Source: a virus
Lineage: Duplodnaviria > Caudoviricetes
DNA: 32,336 bases
Virus record (IMG/VR): IMGVR_UViG_3300017560_000027
Coordinates: 1 to 32,336 of that record
Strand: one strand, 5' to 3'
The position numbers and the translations under genes were made by a program. Positions within the stretch are counted from its first letter, which is position 1. Each line of letters starts with the position of its first letter. Under the pieces are notes generated by a model. That model saw only the letters and a program-made list of their open reading frames with translations. It did no database searches and was not told the DNA's origin. Shown piece after piece: positions 15,371 to 24,255 of this stretch.

Positions 15371-16471
15371 TCAGGCCGTCCGGCGCCACATGTGCACGGT
15401 CAGGTAAGGCGACATGTTGTTGTGCGCCTGGCCACCGCCGGTCGATTGCGAGGGAACGTAGCCCTGCACCTGGCTGGTCATGTCATCACCAGAGGCATAT
15501 GGCCCTGGCGGGCCGGCGGTAACGCCTTGCGGCAGGTCATGAGTGTGTTCGGGCATTTCCGCAGCCGTGAGTGCATGGCTGTAGGTGCCGCCCGAACTGC
15601 CCAGGGCAAACGTGCGGGTTTCTCCCCGGGTATCGGTAAAGCTCCCCGCACCAATCAGCATGCGGCCGATGCCGATCCCGACCCAGGTACCAAAACCAAA
15701 CAGCGTCGCCGGATTGGTGCTGTCAGAGGCGTTCATGTAGATAGAACCGACCGGGTACACCACCGCCAACATCGAAGGCTTGTTGCCGGTGTGATACGGC
15801 GTGTGCGCGCCGGCGATGGTCAAGGTGCCGTCGCTCTTGAAGCGCACCACCTCCACGCCATCGACCACCAGCACCACGGCCGAGCCATCGCTATCGGTGC
15901 CGCCCGTGGCGTACAACCCGGTGTCACCGTCACTGCCGAAGCCGTAGCCGGCCTGGCTGGCATTGCCGGCTAACGGCATACCCTTGGCCGCGCGAACGCC
16001 CTTGGCCGCCCTGAGCAAGCCGGTCAACGTGACCTCGCTGCCAAAACGCGCCACCTCTGCCCCGTCGACCATCACCGCCACGGCCGAGCCGTCGGCATCG
16101 GTGCCGCCCGTGGCGTACAAGCCGGTGTCACCGTCTTCGCCGAAGCCATAGCCGGCCTGGCTGGCATTGCCGGCGGTGGGCAGGCCCTTGGCCGCGCGAA
16201 CACCCTTGGTGGCCTTGAGCAAGCCCGTCAGCGTTCCACCGGACAACGGCAGGTAATTGCCGATCATCTTCACGATGGCTTGCTTCAACTGGTCTTCCTG
16301 CTGGTGGTCCAGCGCGATACCGGCAGCCAGCACCACGTTGGCAATCTCTTCCTGCACCATGTTCAGCCACTCGGCCTTGAGCGGGGTGGGGGGCACCCCG
16401 CCGGTCACCGAGCCATAGCGAAAGCGGCCGAGCGCGGTCACCAGGTCGGTCCAGCTTGAAATACGCTGCAT
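15371..16471 (-). CDS. tail fibre protein
   Basis: Mu-type N-terminus (AEWLNMVQEEIANVV), internal 68-aa duplication, C-terminal YPVGSIY..NPATLFGFGTW...HNNMSPY domain. Confidence 0.85.
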   Translation of the reverse strand: MQRISSWTDLVTALGRFRYGSVTGGVPPTPLKAEWLNMVQEEIANVVLAAGIALDHQQEDQLKQAIVKMIGNYLPLSGGTLTGLLKATKGVRAAKGLPTAGNASQAGYGFGEDGDTGLYATGGTDADGSAVAVMVDGAEVARFGSEVTLTGLLRAAKGVRAAKGMPLAGNASQAGYGFGSDGDTGLYATGGTDSDGSAVVLVVDGVEVVRFKSDGTLTIAGAHTPYHTGNKPSMLAVVYPVGSIYMNASDSTNPATLFGFGTWVGIGIGRMLIGAGSFTDTRGETRTFALGSSGGTYSHALTAAEMPEHTHDLPQGVTAGPPGPYASGDDMTSQVQGYVPSQSTGGGQAHNNMSPYLTVHMWRRTA

Positions 16472-16473
16472 GT

Positions 16474-17115
16474 CTAATCCCCGAGGCCGGCCACGGCGGC
16501 CGGCATCACGTAGTGAATTGCGTTAAGGAAGCGGTCCACATGGGCGGTCACGCTGTCCACCTCGGCGCGGCCGTAACCGATTTCCACGTCGGTGTACTCC
16601 GGCGCCTCCAGGCGCAGCCGGCATTCCATGGCGGCCGCCTCGGGCGTGCCATAGGCCGCCAGCGGCGCCGAAGCCACCCACGCCCACGGCCAGCTATCGC
16701 CGTACAGAAACGCCCCGGCGGCCGTTGGCCCCACCCGGGCCGGCTGGAATTCTTCAACCGTGACCGTCACGCCAGCTTGCGCGGCCAGGCGGCGGTAGTA
16801 GGCCACCTGCGGCGCACCCGAGGCGGTCAGCTTGTCCAGCACCGCTTGCCGGCGCTGCGCCAGGCTCTGCGAGCCGGGGGCGGTGCAAGCATCCGGCAGG
16901 CCCAGGTACTCTTCCCAGTCGGTCAGCAACGCGCTGACCGTGGCCGGGTTCATTTCCTGCTGCAGGCCGTCCAGGGCCTGCTCCACCCGGGCCAGCTCGG
17001 GCGCCAGACTGGCCAGCAGCTGTGCCCAGTCCGGCTGCAGCTCCGGGTCGAAGGCCGGCCCCGGGGGCAGCAAGCCGCGCAGGGCGGCGCGGTAGTCGTC
17101 TTCGGTCATAGCCAT
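16474..17115 (-). CDS. Mu gp48-like baseplate protein (YmfQ/DUF2313)
   Basis: LLPPGPAF, LLTDWEEYLGLPD; synteny. Confidence 0.85.
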   Translation of the reverse strand: MAMTEDDYRAALRGLLPPGPAFDPELQPDWAQLLASLAPELARVEQALDGLQQEMNPATVSALLTDWEEYLGLPDACTAPGSQSLAQRRQAVLDKLTASGAPQVAYYRRLAAQAGVTVTVEEFQPARVGPTAAGAFLYGDSWPWAWVASAPLAAYGTPEAAAMECRLRLEAPEYTDVEIGYGRAEVDSVTAHVDRFLNAIHYVMPAAVAGLGD

Positions 17116-18149
17116 GTGATGCCCCCCAACACCGCCACCTGGTTGGCCGCCACCGGCACATCCGCCGCGGGCAGGTCCAGGCGGTGGTCCGTCTCGCCCG
17201 GGGCATTACTGATCGCCGCCCGAATGTGGCTCAACGGAATGACCGAGCCGGCCCCGCCCTCATCATTGATCAGGCCGGCCACCGCCTTCTCCACCGCCTG
17301 GCGCACCGCCGTGGTGTCCGGGGTCACCTTGAGGTGCAGGTCAACGTCGAGCCGCTGAGCGGCGAACACATAGACTTCGCTGGTCACTGGCCGTTTGCGT
17401 TCCAGGTAGGCTTGCACCTCGGCGACCTTCGCCGCATTGGGGAAGATATCGGCGTCACCGTCACAGACGAAGGTCAGGCCGAACGTGCCCGCCCCCATCC
17501 AGCGCGGCAGCGCCCAGGCACGGGTCACCCCGGGCACTTCCAAGGCCCAGCCCACGAAGTCTTCGGCGTTGCCCACCTTGCTCGGGCTCTTGAAGGCTGC
17601 CCGCACCCGCGCACGCAGCGCCTCGGGGGCCTCCTGCTCGGTGCCGCCGACAATGCCGTCGGCGCCGATGGTGGCCGTGGAGTTGACGCCCAGCACCGGC
17701 GTCACCGCGGTCAACTGGCCGGCCTCGATGTTGCCACCAGGCCCCACCATTTCGGCCGCCAACTGCAACTGGGCGGCGCCGTCGACCAGGGTCGTGGCCA
17801 CCTTGACCACGTAACGGCGGCCATCGCCGGCCTGGTACAGGGTGCCGGCGTCGACCGGGAAGCCAGTCGAGCCGGTGACCGTGGCCAGGCCGGTGGCCGC
17901 CACCGCGGGCTTGCGCCCATCCTCCAGGCGCCAATCCGCCCACAGCAGCAGCTGCTCTTCGTCGCAGGTGGCCGGGTGCGCCTGCTTGGCCACCCAGTTC
18001 TGATAGCCAAACAGCTGGAACGCCGCGCCACTGAGCGCGCGCGCCGCCACCTTGGCATCCGAACGGCGCAAGGCGTCCGGGGCGTTGCGCTCAAAATCAG
18101 CTTCCGTGCGCGTGATCAACGCCGGCAGCGTGGGAATGTCATAGGGCAT
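17106..18149 (-). CDS. baseplate J / Mu gp47-like wedge protein
   Basis: WALEVPGVTRAW, EALRARV; synteny. Confidence 0.9.
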   Translation of the reverse strand: MPYDIPTLPALITRTEADFERNAPDALRRSDAKVAARALSGAAFQLFGYQNWVAKQAHPATCDEEQLLLWADWRLEDGRKPAVAATGLATVTGSTGFPVDAGTLYQAGDGRRYVVKVATTLVDGAAQLQLAAEMVGPGGNIEAGQLTAVTPVLGVNSTATIGADGIVGGTEQEAPEALRARVRAAFKSPSKVGNAEDFVGWALEVPGVTRAWALPRWMGAGTFGLTFVCDGDADIFPNAAKVAEVQAYLERKRPVTSEVYVFAAQRLDVDLHLKVTPDTTAVRQAVEKAVAGLINDEGGAGSVIPLSHIRAAISNAPGETDHRLDLPAADVPVAANQVAVLGGITWL

Positions 18150-18525
18150 TGATCATGCTCCAGGTATCTTCAAAGGCCAGTTGCAGGGTTTCGCCGTTGG
18201 CCTCGGTCAGCAGCACCCGCAGGTTGACCCGCTGGGTGTCTTGCCGCTCGACCGTGACCGTCACGGCGGTGACGATTTCGTCTTCGGTCAGCCAGCGCAG
18301 TGCCTCTTCGGCGTACTCGCGGGCATCGCGCAGGGTGTCCGCGGTGATCGTGCGCCGCTGCAGCAGCCACAACCGCGAACCGATCTGGTCACCAGTCACC
18401 GTGGGCGCGCAGTCCGCCCACCAGCCCTGGCGGTCGAGGCCTTCGACCGGATCATCAGCCGCGGCCCGCCGCCAACTGAACAGGCTGATGGTCACGGCCC
18501 GGCGCAGCAGGGCTTCGCGGCTCAT
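18139..18525 (-). CDS. Mu gp46-like baseplate protein
   Basis: ISLFSWRRA, GWWAD, GSRLWLLQR. Confidence 0.88.
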   Translation of the reverse strand: MSREALLRRAVTISLFSWRRAAADDPVEGLDRQGWWADCAPTVTGDQIGSRLWLLQRRTITADTLRDAREYAEEALRWLTEDEIVTAVTVTVERQDTQRVNLRVLLTEANGETLQLAFEDTWSMINAL

Positions 18526-19034
18526 GCGGTACCCCCTACCGGCTTGCCAGACTGCCCATTCCCAGGCATCACGCCGTCATGGGGGTGGTTGGTCTGGCTG
18601 ACGCCGGCGGCTACCTGGTCGCCGGCCGACTCGATGCGCCCGGTGGTGCGGATCACTGGCGTGTCGAATTCCACCGCGGTGCCGGCCTTGACCTTGAGGG
18701 TCAGGGTTTCCAGTTCGATGACCCGGCCGCGCTTGAAGTGCAGGCGGTCGCCCTGGTCGGTGTACAGGGCCACTTCCCCCGGTTCGAGCGCCTGCAGGCG
18801 AAAGCGCCGGTCTGACACCATGATCACCACCCCGTGGCTACGGTCGCCGATGAACCCGGCCAGCGCTTCGGCGCCGGGCAAGGGGCAAGCGGTGAAGCCG
18901 TAGGGCTCCAGGTGCTCCATGTCGTCTTTCACTTCGCCGGCCATGATGCGCAGCTGCAGGGCCTGCAGCTTGCGCGCCGAGTTGGCCAGCACCACTACGC
19001 CGCGGGCCAGCACGCCCGCTATGGGATTTCTCAT
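18522..19034 (-). CDS. Mu gp45-like baseplate spike
   Basis: EHLEPYGFTA, GEVALY, C-terminal HPH metal motif. Confidence 0.88.
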   Translation of the reverse strand: MRNPIAGVLARGVVVLANSARKLQALQLRIMAGEVKDDMEHLEPYGFTACPLPGAEALAGFIGDRSHGVVIMVSDRRFRLQALEPGEVALYTDQGDRLHFKRGRVIELETLTLKVKAGTAVEFDTPVIRTTGRIESAGDQVAAGVSQTNHPHDGVMPGNGQSGKPVGGTA

Positions 19035-20140
19035 GGCTTGTAGTCCGCTGGTATGAGGTATTCAAAGTTGTCAGTGGCTTTGCCCTTCTTGAGCTTGCGC
19101 CGCTCGTAGGCGTCGTTGGGCTCGGGCAGGAAGCCGTCAGGCGGAGCCACGGTCATCTTGGTCAGGGTGCCCCCTTCGCCCAGCTCGTAGCTGATCGTAC
19201 TGATGAGCATGTCCCGGTCCAGGCCGATCAGCGGGTCAACCACGCGCACCAGCATGTTGTGGCGCCACAGCTCGCCACTGCTCTGCCGCCACCCCTGCAC
19301 CACGTAGTTGACCGCCAGGGCGCGGCTGATGGCGTTGGCCCGCTCCCACTCCGCGCGGTCACGGGCCATGGCAGCGGTCATCTGCCCCGACTGCTGAATC
19401 ACCTTCACCCGCCGGCGCCTCACCCGCTCATCGGTGATGCTGCCCTGCACCTCGGTGGCCGCGACCCCGAATGACTCATCGGTGCCGCTGCGCTGGCCGC
19501 GGCTGATGTACTCGGAAAACACGTTGGAAAAATCCAGGGCGGTGTCCCCCTCCAAAATGTTCTTGCCCAGCTCCAGCTTGTCCACCGCGCGTCCGGCGGT
19601 GCCGGGACTGGCGATCACCAGGCGGCCGCTGCCATCGTCGGTGCTGAACAGGCGGGAAAGGGTCAGCAGCCGGTCGATACTCTCGAAGGCGGTTTCGCCG
19701 GGCTCGATGGTGTGGTCATCCAGGCCGAGCGTGGTGGGCGATTCGTTGACCACCTTGATGCCGTAGGCGCCGGCCAAGGCCTCGACGATCTTCTGCACGC
19801 TCTGCCCGCGCCATTGCCCCGGCGAGTTGATCGCGGCCGAGTCCACCAGGTCGGCCGTTTTCGAGCGGCCGACGATGCTTAGCGTGATCGACCCGGCGTC
19901 ATAGCGAATCGGCGTGCTGAACACATAGCCAGTCAGCAGCAGCTCGCGACCAATGCGCACTTCCACCGCGTCGCCTTGGCGCACCCGCACCGGCACGTCA
20001 CCCCCGCCTGGCCAGCGCCAGGTGATGGCCAAACTGAAATCACGCGCCTGCCGCTCCAGGCCAGCGCTGATGCTCACGTCTTTCCAGCCGGCGTAGTCGT
20101 GCCCGCCAACGCTGAGGGTGACGGTGTTATCTGGCTCCAT
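19031..20140 (-). CDS. Mu gp44/P-like baseplate hub
   Basis: GRSKTADLVD, VQGWRQ..G.LW; synteny. Confidence 0.88.
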   Translation of the reverse strand: MEPDNTVTLSVGGHDYAGWKDVSISAGLERQARDFSLAITWRWPGGGDVPVRVRQGDAVEVRIGRELLLTGYVFSTPIRYDAGSITLSIVGRSKTADLVDSAAINSPGQWRGQSVQKIVEALAGAYGIKVVNESPTTLGLDDHTIEPGETAFESIDRLLTLSRLFSTDDGSGRLVIASPGTAGRAVDKLELGKNILEGDTALDFSNVFSEYISRGQRSGTDESFGVAATEVQGSITDERVRRRRVKVIQQSGQMTAAMARDRAEWERANAISRALAVNYVVQGWRQSSGELWRHNMLVRVVDPLIGLDRDMLISTISYELGEGGTLTKMTVAPPDGFLPEPNDAYERRKLKKGKATDNFEYLIPADYKP

Positions 20141-20143
20141 GGC

Positions 20144-21403
20144 TTAACTCTTGGCGACTTGCAGTTCTATGGCAGGCACGAAGCCTGGATGGCGAATCGC
20201 ATTGCGCGAGACGATTTCGGCCCCACGCAAGGCGTCGCCGTACAGCTGGTGGGCCAGCACCAGGGAGGACACCGTGGCCCGCGGCTGGTACGGGCGCAGC
20301 CACACGCCACTGCGCGCCACCTCGGTCAAGTGCCGATCCTGGGCCAGGCGCGCGTCACTGAGCGCGCCGAAGTGCTCCGGCAGGCTTTCCCCGGCCACCA
20401 CCCACATCGCCTCGCTGATCGCGTCACGGGTGGCCAGAATGTCGTTGGCCACCGGCACACCGGTATCCATGACGCTGCCGGCCTCGACGGTGGAACCGTT
20501 CTGCTCCAGCTGCACGCTCAACGCGGCCGCCTGGTCAACGCTTTGCACGCTGGCCACCGGCACCTCCACCATGTCCAACAGCAGGTCAGCCAAGGCCACG
20601 TCCTGCACCAGGCCAATGACGGCCGACTGGATGGCGGCCAGCTCGGGGTCATCCGGCACCACCGTAGTGGCTGACAGCGTGGATATCGCCTCTGCCGTGG
20701 CCTTGGACGAATGCAATGAGCCGCTAGAGCCGTAGCCGCTAAACCAGCGCTCCACGCTGGCCACGTCGCTGGTCAGGCTGGCTGACAGCGCGTCGGGCGC
20801 GTTGATGATCGACTGCGCCAGGGCGCCCACGTCGGCGGCCAGGTCGGTCAGCGGCTTGAGGAAGGTAAGGGCGAACGCATAGGCGCTGGACACCGCGCGA
20901 CTGACTGCGCCGACCTGCTGCCGAGCCAGGTCCACGTGGGCCATGGCCGCATCGAAACGCGCCTTGGCCGACTCCAGCAGTGTCGGCGCATGCGCAGCCA
21001 GCTGCCGACGGGTGTTCACCCGCTGCACCGGGAAGGCCAGCATGCCGTCGATGAACACCAGGTTGAAGCGCACCATGCCCAGTTCGCTGCGTGCGTGGGA
21101 GATTTCGCAATCCCCCGCCGTGACCGTCACACGCCCAAACCAGGGGTGAACCAGTTCGCCCGGGCCCGGCGTGTCCAGCGCTACCAACAGGCGGTCGCGC
21201 TGGCTGATGAAGTCGTCGCCAATGATAAAGCCGGTAAAGCGGTACTCCCGCGTGCGCCGGCCCATGTCCTCCACCAGCGGCTGGTCCCGCTTGGGGTACT
21301 CATGCAACTGGGTGCGCCGGCCGACTGGCACACTGTCGTTGTCCACCCAAAACGGCACGCCGCGAAACGACGCCTCGCGGCGCAAATCCCGCCATTCACT
21401 CAT
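20144..21403 (-). CDS. Mu N-like DNA circularization protein
   Basis: ASFRGVPF, HEYPKRD, LVHPWFG, N.IRHPGFVP. Confidence 0.9.
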   Translation of the reverse strand: MSEWRDLRREASFRGVPFWVDNDSVPVGRRTQLHEYPKRDQPLVEDMGRRTREYRFTGFIIGDDFISQRDRLLVALDTPGPGELVHPWFGRVTVTAGDCEISHARSELGMVRFNLVFIDGMLAFPVQRVNTRRQLAAHAPTLLESAKARFDAAMAHVDLARQQVGAVSRAVSSAYAFALTFLKPLTDLAADVGALAQSIINAPDALSASLTSDVASVERWFSGYGSSGSLHSSKATAEAISTLSATTVVPDDPELAAIQSAVIGLVQDVALADLLLDMVEVPVASVQSVDQAAALSVQLEQNGSTVEAGSVMDTGVPVANDILATRDAISEAMWVVAGESLPEHFGALSDARLAQDRHLTEVARSGVWLRPYQPRATVSSLVLAHQLYGDALRGAEIVSRNAIRHPGFVPAIELQVAKS

Positions 21404-23436
21404 GGGACACCCCCAACGGTCCGCTGGCCGACGTTGCTGCGCACCAACAGGCCAGGCTGGTTAGTTTTGGTCGACTCCACCCGCACGCCAGGCGGCGGGT
21501 TGTCGAATTTCACCCGCAGCTCACCTTCCAGCTGGGTCTTGCTGGCCGCCGCGGATTGGCGCAGCAGCGACCCGGCGGCCGGCAACTGGCCCGGCGCCTG
21601 CAGCAGCGCGCCCGGGTTGATACCAAACTGCTGGTCGTTGAACGCCTGACGGTTGCGCGCGGCGGCGCCGGCGCCGGCCATCAGCAATTCGCCGGTGCCG
21701 CCACCGGCCCCGGCGTTACGCTCACGCTGCTCGGCGGCCATGCGCTGCACACGCTCGGTCAAGCCTTGGCCCTCGTCGCCGCCAAACAGCTTGAGGATCG
21801 GTTGCAGGTAAGGACTGACCCGATCCCACAAGCGCTTGAACCAGCCCACAATGGGCTCCCAGTTCTTGACGATCTGCCCCATGGGAGACCAGGCAAAGAT
21901 GGTCTTCAGGAACCCCAGAAACGGCGTGGTGTAGGCCTTGACCAGTTCCCACAGCGCCGATAAAAACGGCGCGATCTTGCCCCAGTTCGCCACGATCAGC
22001 CCCATGGGGGTCCAGGCGAAGACGCTCTTCAGGAACCCCACAAACGGCGTGGTATAGGCCTTGACCAGCGCCCACAGCGCCGAGAAGAACGGCCCGACCT
22101 TCTCCCAGTTCGCCACGATCAGCCCGGCCGCCGCGGCAATCCCCACGGCAATCAAGCCAATGGGTGTCGCCGCGAAGGCCACCCCCAGCAAGCGGGTGGC
22201 CACGGTGGCCGCAAACACGCCCGCACGCAGCGCGGTGAAGGCCGCGCCGGCCACGACGATGCCACGCACCAGCTGCGGGTTGTCGCTGATCATCTGCGCG
22301 ACGTGGCTGATCCAGGGACGTAACTGATCCAGCACGGCGTTGAGGCCCGGCAACAGGGCATTGCCGATGGCCCGCCCTACCCCATCAATGCCGTTGCGCA
22401 GCAGCTGCAGGTTGTTGGCGGTGGTCGCCGCGCGAGAGGCGTATTCCTGCTCCATGGAGCCGGCGTACTGTTGCGCATCGCCGACCTTCTGCAGGTTGCC
22501 GCGCAGCAGCTCCAGATTGGTCAGCAGCGGCGTGATGGCCCCGATGGACTCAGTGCCGAACAGCTCCGCCAACAGCGCCGGGCGTTTCGCCGCGTCGACC
22601 TGACCGATGCGCTTGAGCAAGTCCAGGGTGGTGCCCTGGGCGTCCTTCTGCATGTTCTCGGCCACCGTCTTGGCATCCAGCCGCAACGACTTGTAGGCCT
22701 CTGCCTGCGCCTTGGTGGCCGCTGTCCCTTTGGTCATGGCCAACATGAAGTTCTTAATGCCAGTGGCAGCCACGTCCTGCTTGACGCCCACACCCGCCAT
22801 GGTCGCACCGATGGCCGCAACTTGCGCCGACGACATGCCAGCCACCTCGCCCAGCGCACCGACCTCGGTGACGATGGCGGAAATCTGCTTGGTGGTGGCC
22901 GGCCCGGTGTTGCCCAGAAAGTTGATGCGGTCAGCCAGGCCAACCACTTCGGCCTGGTTCATGCGAAAGGCGGTGCGCCACTTGGCCATCATGTCGCCGC
23001 TTTCGTCGGCGGTCTGGTCAAAGGCGATGCCCATCTTGACCGCCGCGTCGGCGAAGCCCAGCAGCTCGTCACGGGCAATACCGGACTGGCCACCGGCCGC
23101 GACGATCTTGGCAATATCGGTCGCCGCCATGGGCAGGCGCTCGGACATGCGCCCGATATCGTCGCCCATTTCCTTGAACTGCTGCGGCGTCTCGAAGTTG
23201 ACCACCTTGCGCACGTCGGCCATCTGCGACTCAAAGTCGATGGCCGCCCGCGCGCCGGCAATGAAAGGCGCCGCCATGGCCCCGCCGGTGACGATATCGC
23301 TCCAGCCGATCTTGCCGAGCCCGGTGCTTTCCAGGTTCTTGCGGAATGCCGCAATGTTCTTGCGCACCCCCATCAGTGTCGGCGACAGCTTGTCGACGCC
23401 GGTGATCAGCGCCTTGAGTTGGAATTTATCCGCCAT
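21400..23436 (-). CDS. tail tape measure protein (TP901 family)
   Basis: AIDFESQMADVRKVV core; Trp-periodic 40-aa repeats. Confidence 0.92.
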   Translation of the reverse strand: MADKFQLKALITGVDKLSPTLMGVRKNIAAFRKNLESTGLGKIGWSDIVTGGAMAAPFIAGARAAIDFESQMADVRKVVNFETPQQFKEMGDDIGRMSERLPMAATDIAKIVAAGGQSGIARDELLGFADAAVKMGIAFDQTADESGDMMAKWRTAFRMNQAEVVGLADRINFLGNTGPATTKQISAIVTEVGALGEVAGMSSAQVAAIGATMAGVGVKQDVAATGIKNFMLAMTKGTAATKAQAEAYKSLRLDAKTVAENMQKDAQGTTLDLLKRIGQVDAAKRPALLAELFGTESIGAITPLLTNLELLRGNLQKVGDAQQYAGSMEQEYASRAATTANNLQLLRNGIDGVGRAIGNALLPGLNAVLDQLRPWISHVAQMISDNPQLVRGIVVAGAAFTALRAGVFAATVATRLLGVAFAATPIGLIAVGIAAAAGLIVANWEKVGPFFSALWALVKAYTTPFVGFLKSVFAWTPMGLIVANWGKIAPFLSALWELVKAYTTPFLGFLKTIFAWSPMGQIVKNWEPIVGWFKRLWDRVSPYLQPILKLFGGDEGQGLTERVQRMAAEQRERNAGAGGGTGELLMAGAGAAARNRQAFNDQQFGINPGALLQAPGQLPAAGSLLRQSAAASKTQLEGELRVKFDNPPPGVRVESTKTNQPGLLVRSNVGQRTVGGVP

Positions 23437-23514
23437 CCTCGCCCCCTAACGCCTGCGAAATCCGTTGGCTGTGCCCGCTGGATTCAATCAGCACATCCAG
23501 CGGGCGCCCCATCA

Positions 23515-23856
23515 TCAGCTCGGGGTCGGTTCGCCAGAACCAGGCGAGGTCATAGGCGGCTGCGATGAAGTCTTCGACTTCTCCGACGCCGGCGTCATGA
23601 AAAAACCCGCGATCTGCCAGCCCAGGTTGTTGAGGTCGATCAGTTCCAGCTCGTCCACCGCACCGGCCGGAATGCCGGCGCAGACCACGATGTACTTGGC
23701 CACCGCGTCAAGGTCGAGGCAGACCGCCTCGTCCTTGTCGATCTTGTACGGCAGGGCGCGGATTTTCTGCGCCTCGCGCGCGGTCGGGCGGCGCAGGGTC
23801 AGCGCCTCCAGCTGCTCGCCGTGCGCCTGAATCGGCGCGTTCAACTCGAAGTTCAT
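23515..23856 (-). CDS. tail assembly chaperone (Mu gp41/P2 E-like); -1 frameshift form ends at 23426
   Basis: LTLRRPT motif; slippery GGGTTTTTTC at 23608-23599. Confidence 0.85.
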   Translation of the reverse strand: MNFELNAPIQAHGEQLEALTLRRPTAREAQKIRALPYKIDKDEAVCLDLDAVAKYIVVCAGIPAGAVDELELIDLNNLGWQIAGFFMTPASEKSKTSSQPPMTSPGSGEPTPS

Positions 23857-24200
23857 TGCCACACCCCCTTGGTGCCTTCCCACTTGAGATCGATGGTGCC
23901 GTCGTCGCCCTTGGCGGCTGGCTCATCCACGACATAGGCGCCGGACAGCACATAGGTCTGGCGGTTGGCGAATTCGACGGTCACGGTGGCGTCGGTCGCC
24001 GCCATGATTTGCGCAATCGGCAAGTCAGGGTCATGCACCACGGTCACCGCGACATAGGGCACCAGGTCTTCTTCCTTGAAGAACCCCGGCGCGATCGACT
24101 CGCGTTTTACGTCACTCAACGGGGCCTCAGCCCCGCCGGTGGCAGTGAATTGGGCGCCGTCTGCCTTGATATAGACGGTGCCCGCGACTTTCTTGCCCAT
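23853..24200 (-). CDS. tail tube protein (Mu M-like)
   Basis: KKVAGTVYIKADG...KWEG; follows sheath. Confidence 0.85.
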   Translation of the reverse strand: MGKKVAGTVYIKADGAQFTATGGAEAPLSDVKRESIAPGFFKEEDLVPYVAVTVVHDPDLPIAQIMAATDATVTVEFANRQTYVLSGAYVVDEPAAKGDDGTIDLKWEGTKGVWQ

Positions 24201-24213
24201 GGGCGTCTCCTAC

Positions 24214-24239
24214 AAAAAAGCCCGCACAATGGCGGGCTT
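24214..24239 (-). terminator. intrinsic terminator between sheath and tube
   Basis: AAGCCCGC-CATTGT-GCGGGCTTTTTT. Confidence 0.65.
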
Positions 24240-24255
24240 CGGTGGCTGGATCGGC

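Noticed and set aside
15838-16233. DGR template/variable repeat or invertible fibre segment
   Set aside because: Differences are not adenine-specific, the repeats are in-frame and tandem, and no reverse transcriptase or invertase is present.
20144-21403. Transposable Mu-like phage
   Set aside because: The head is HK97-type and no transposase A/B is present; the N-like gene is simply part of the tail module.
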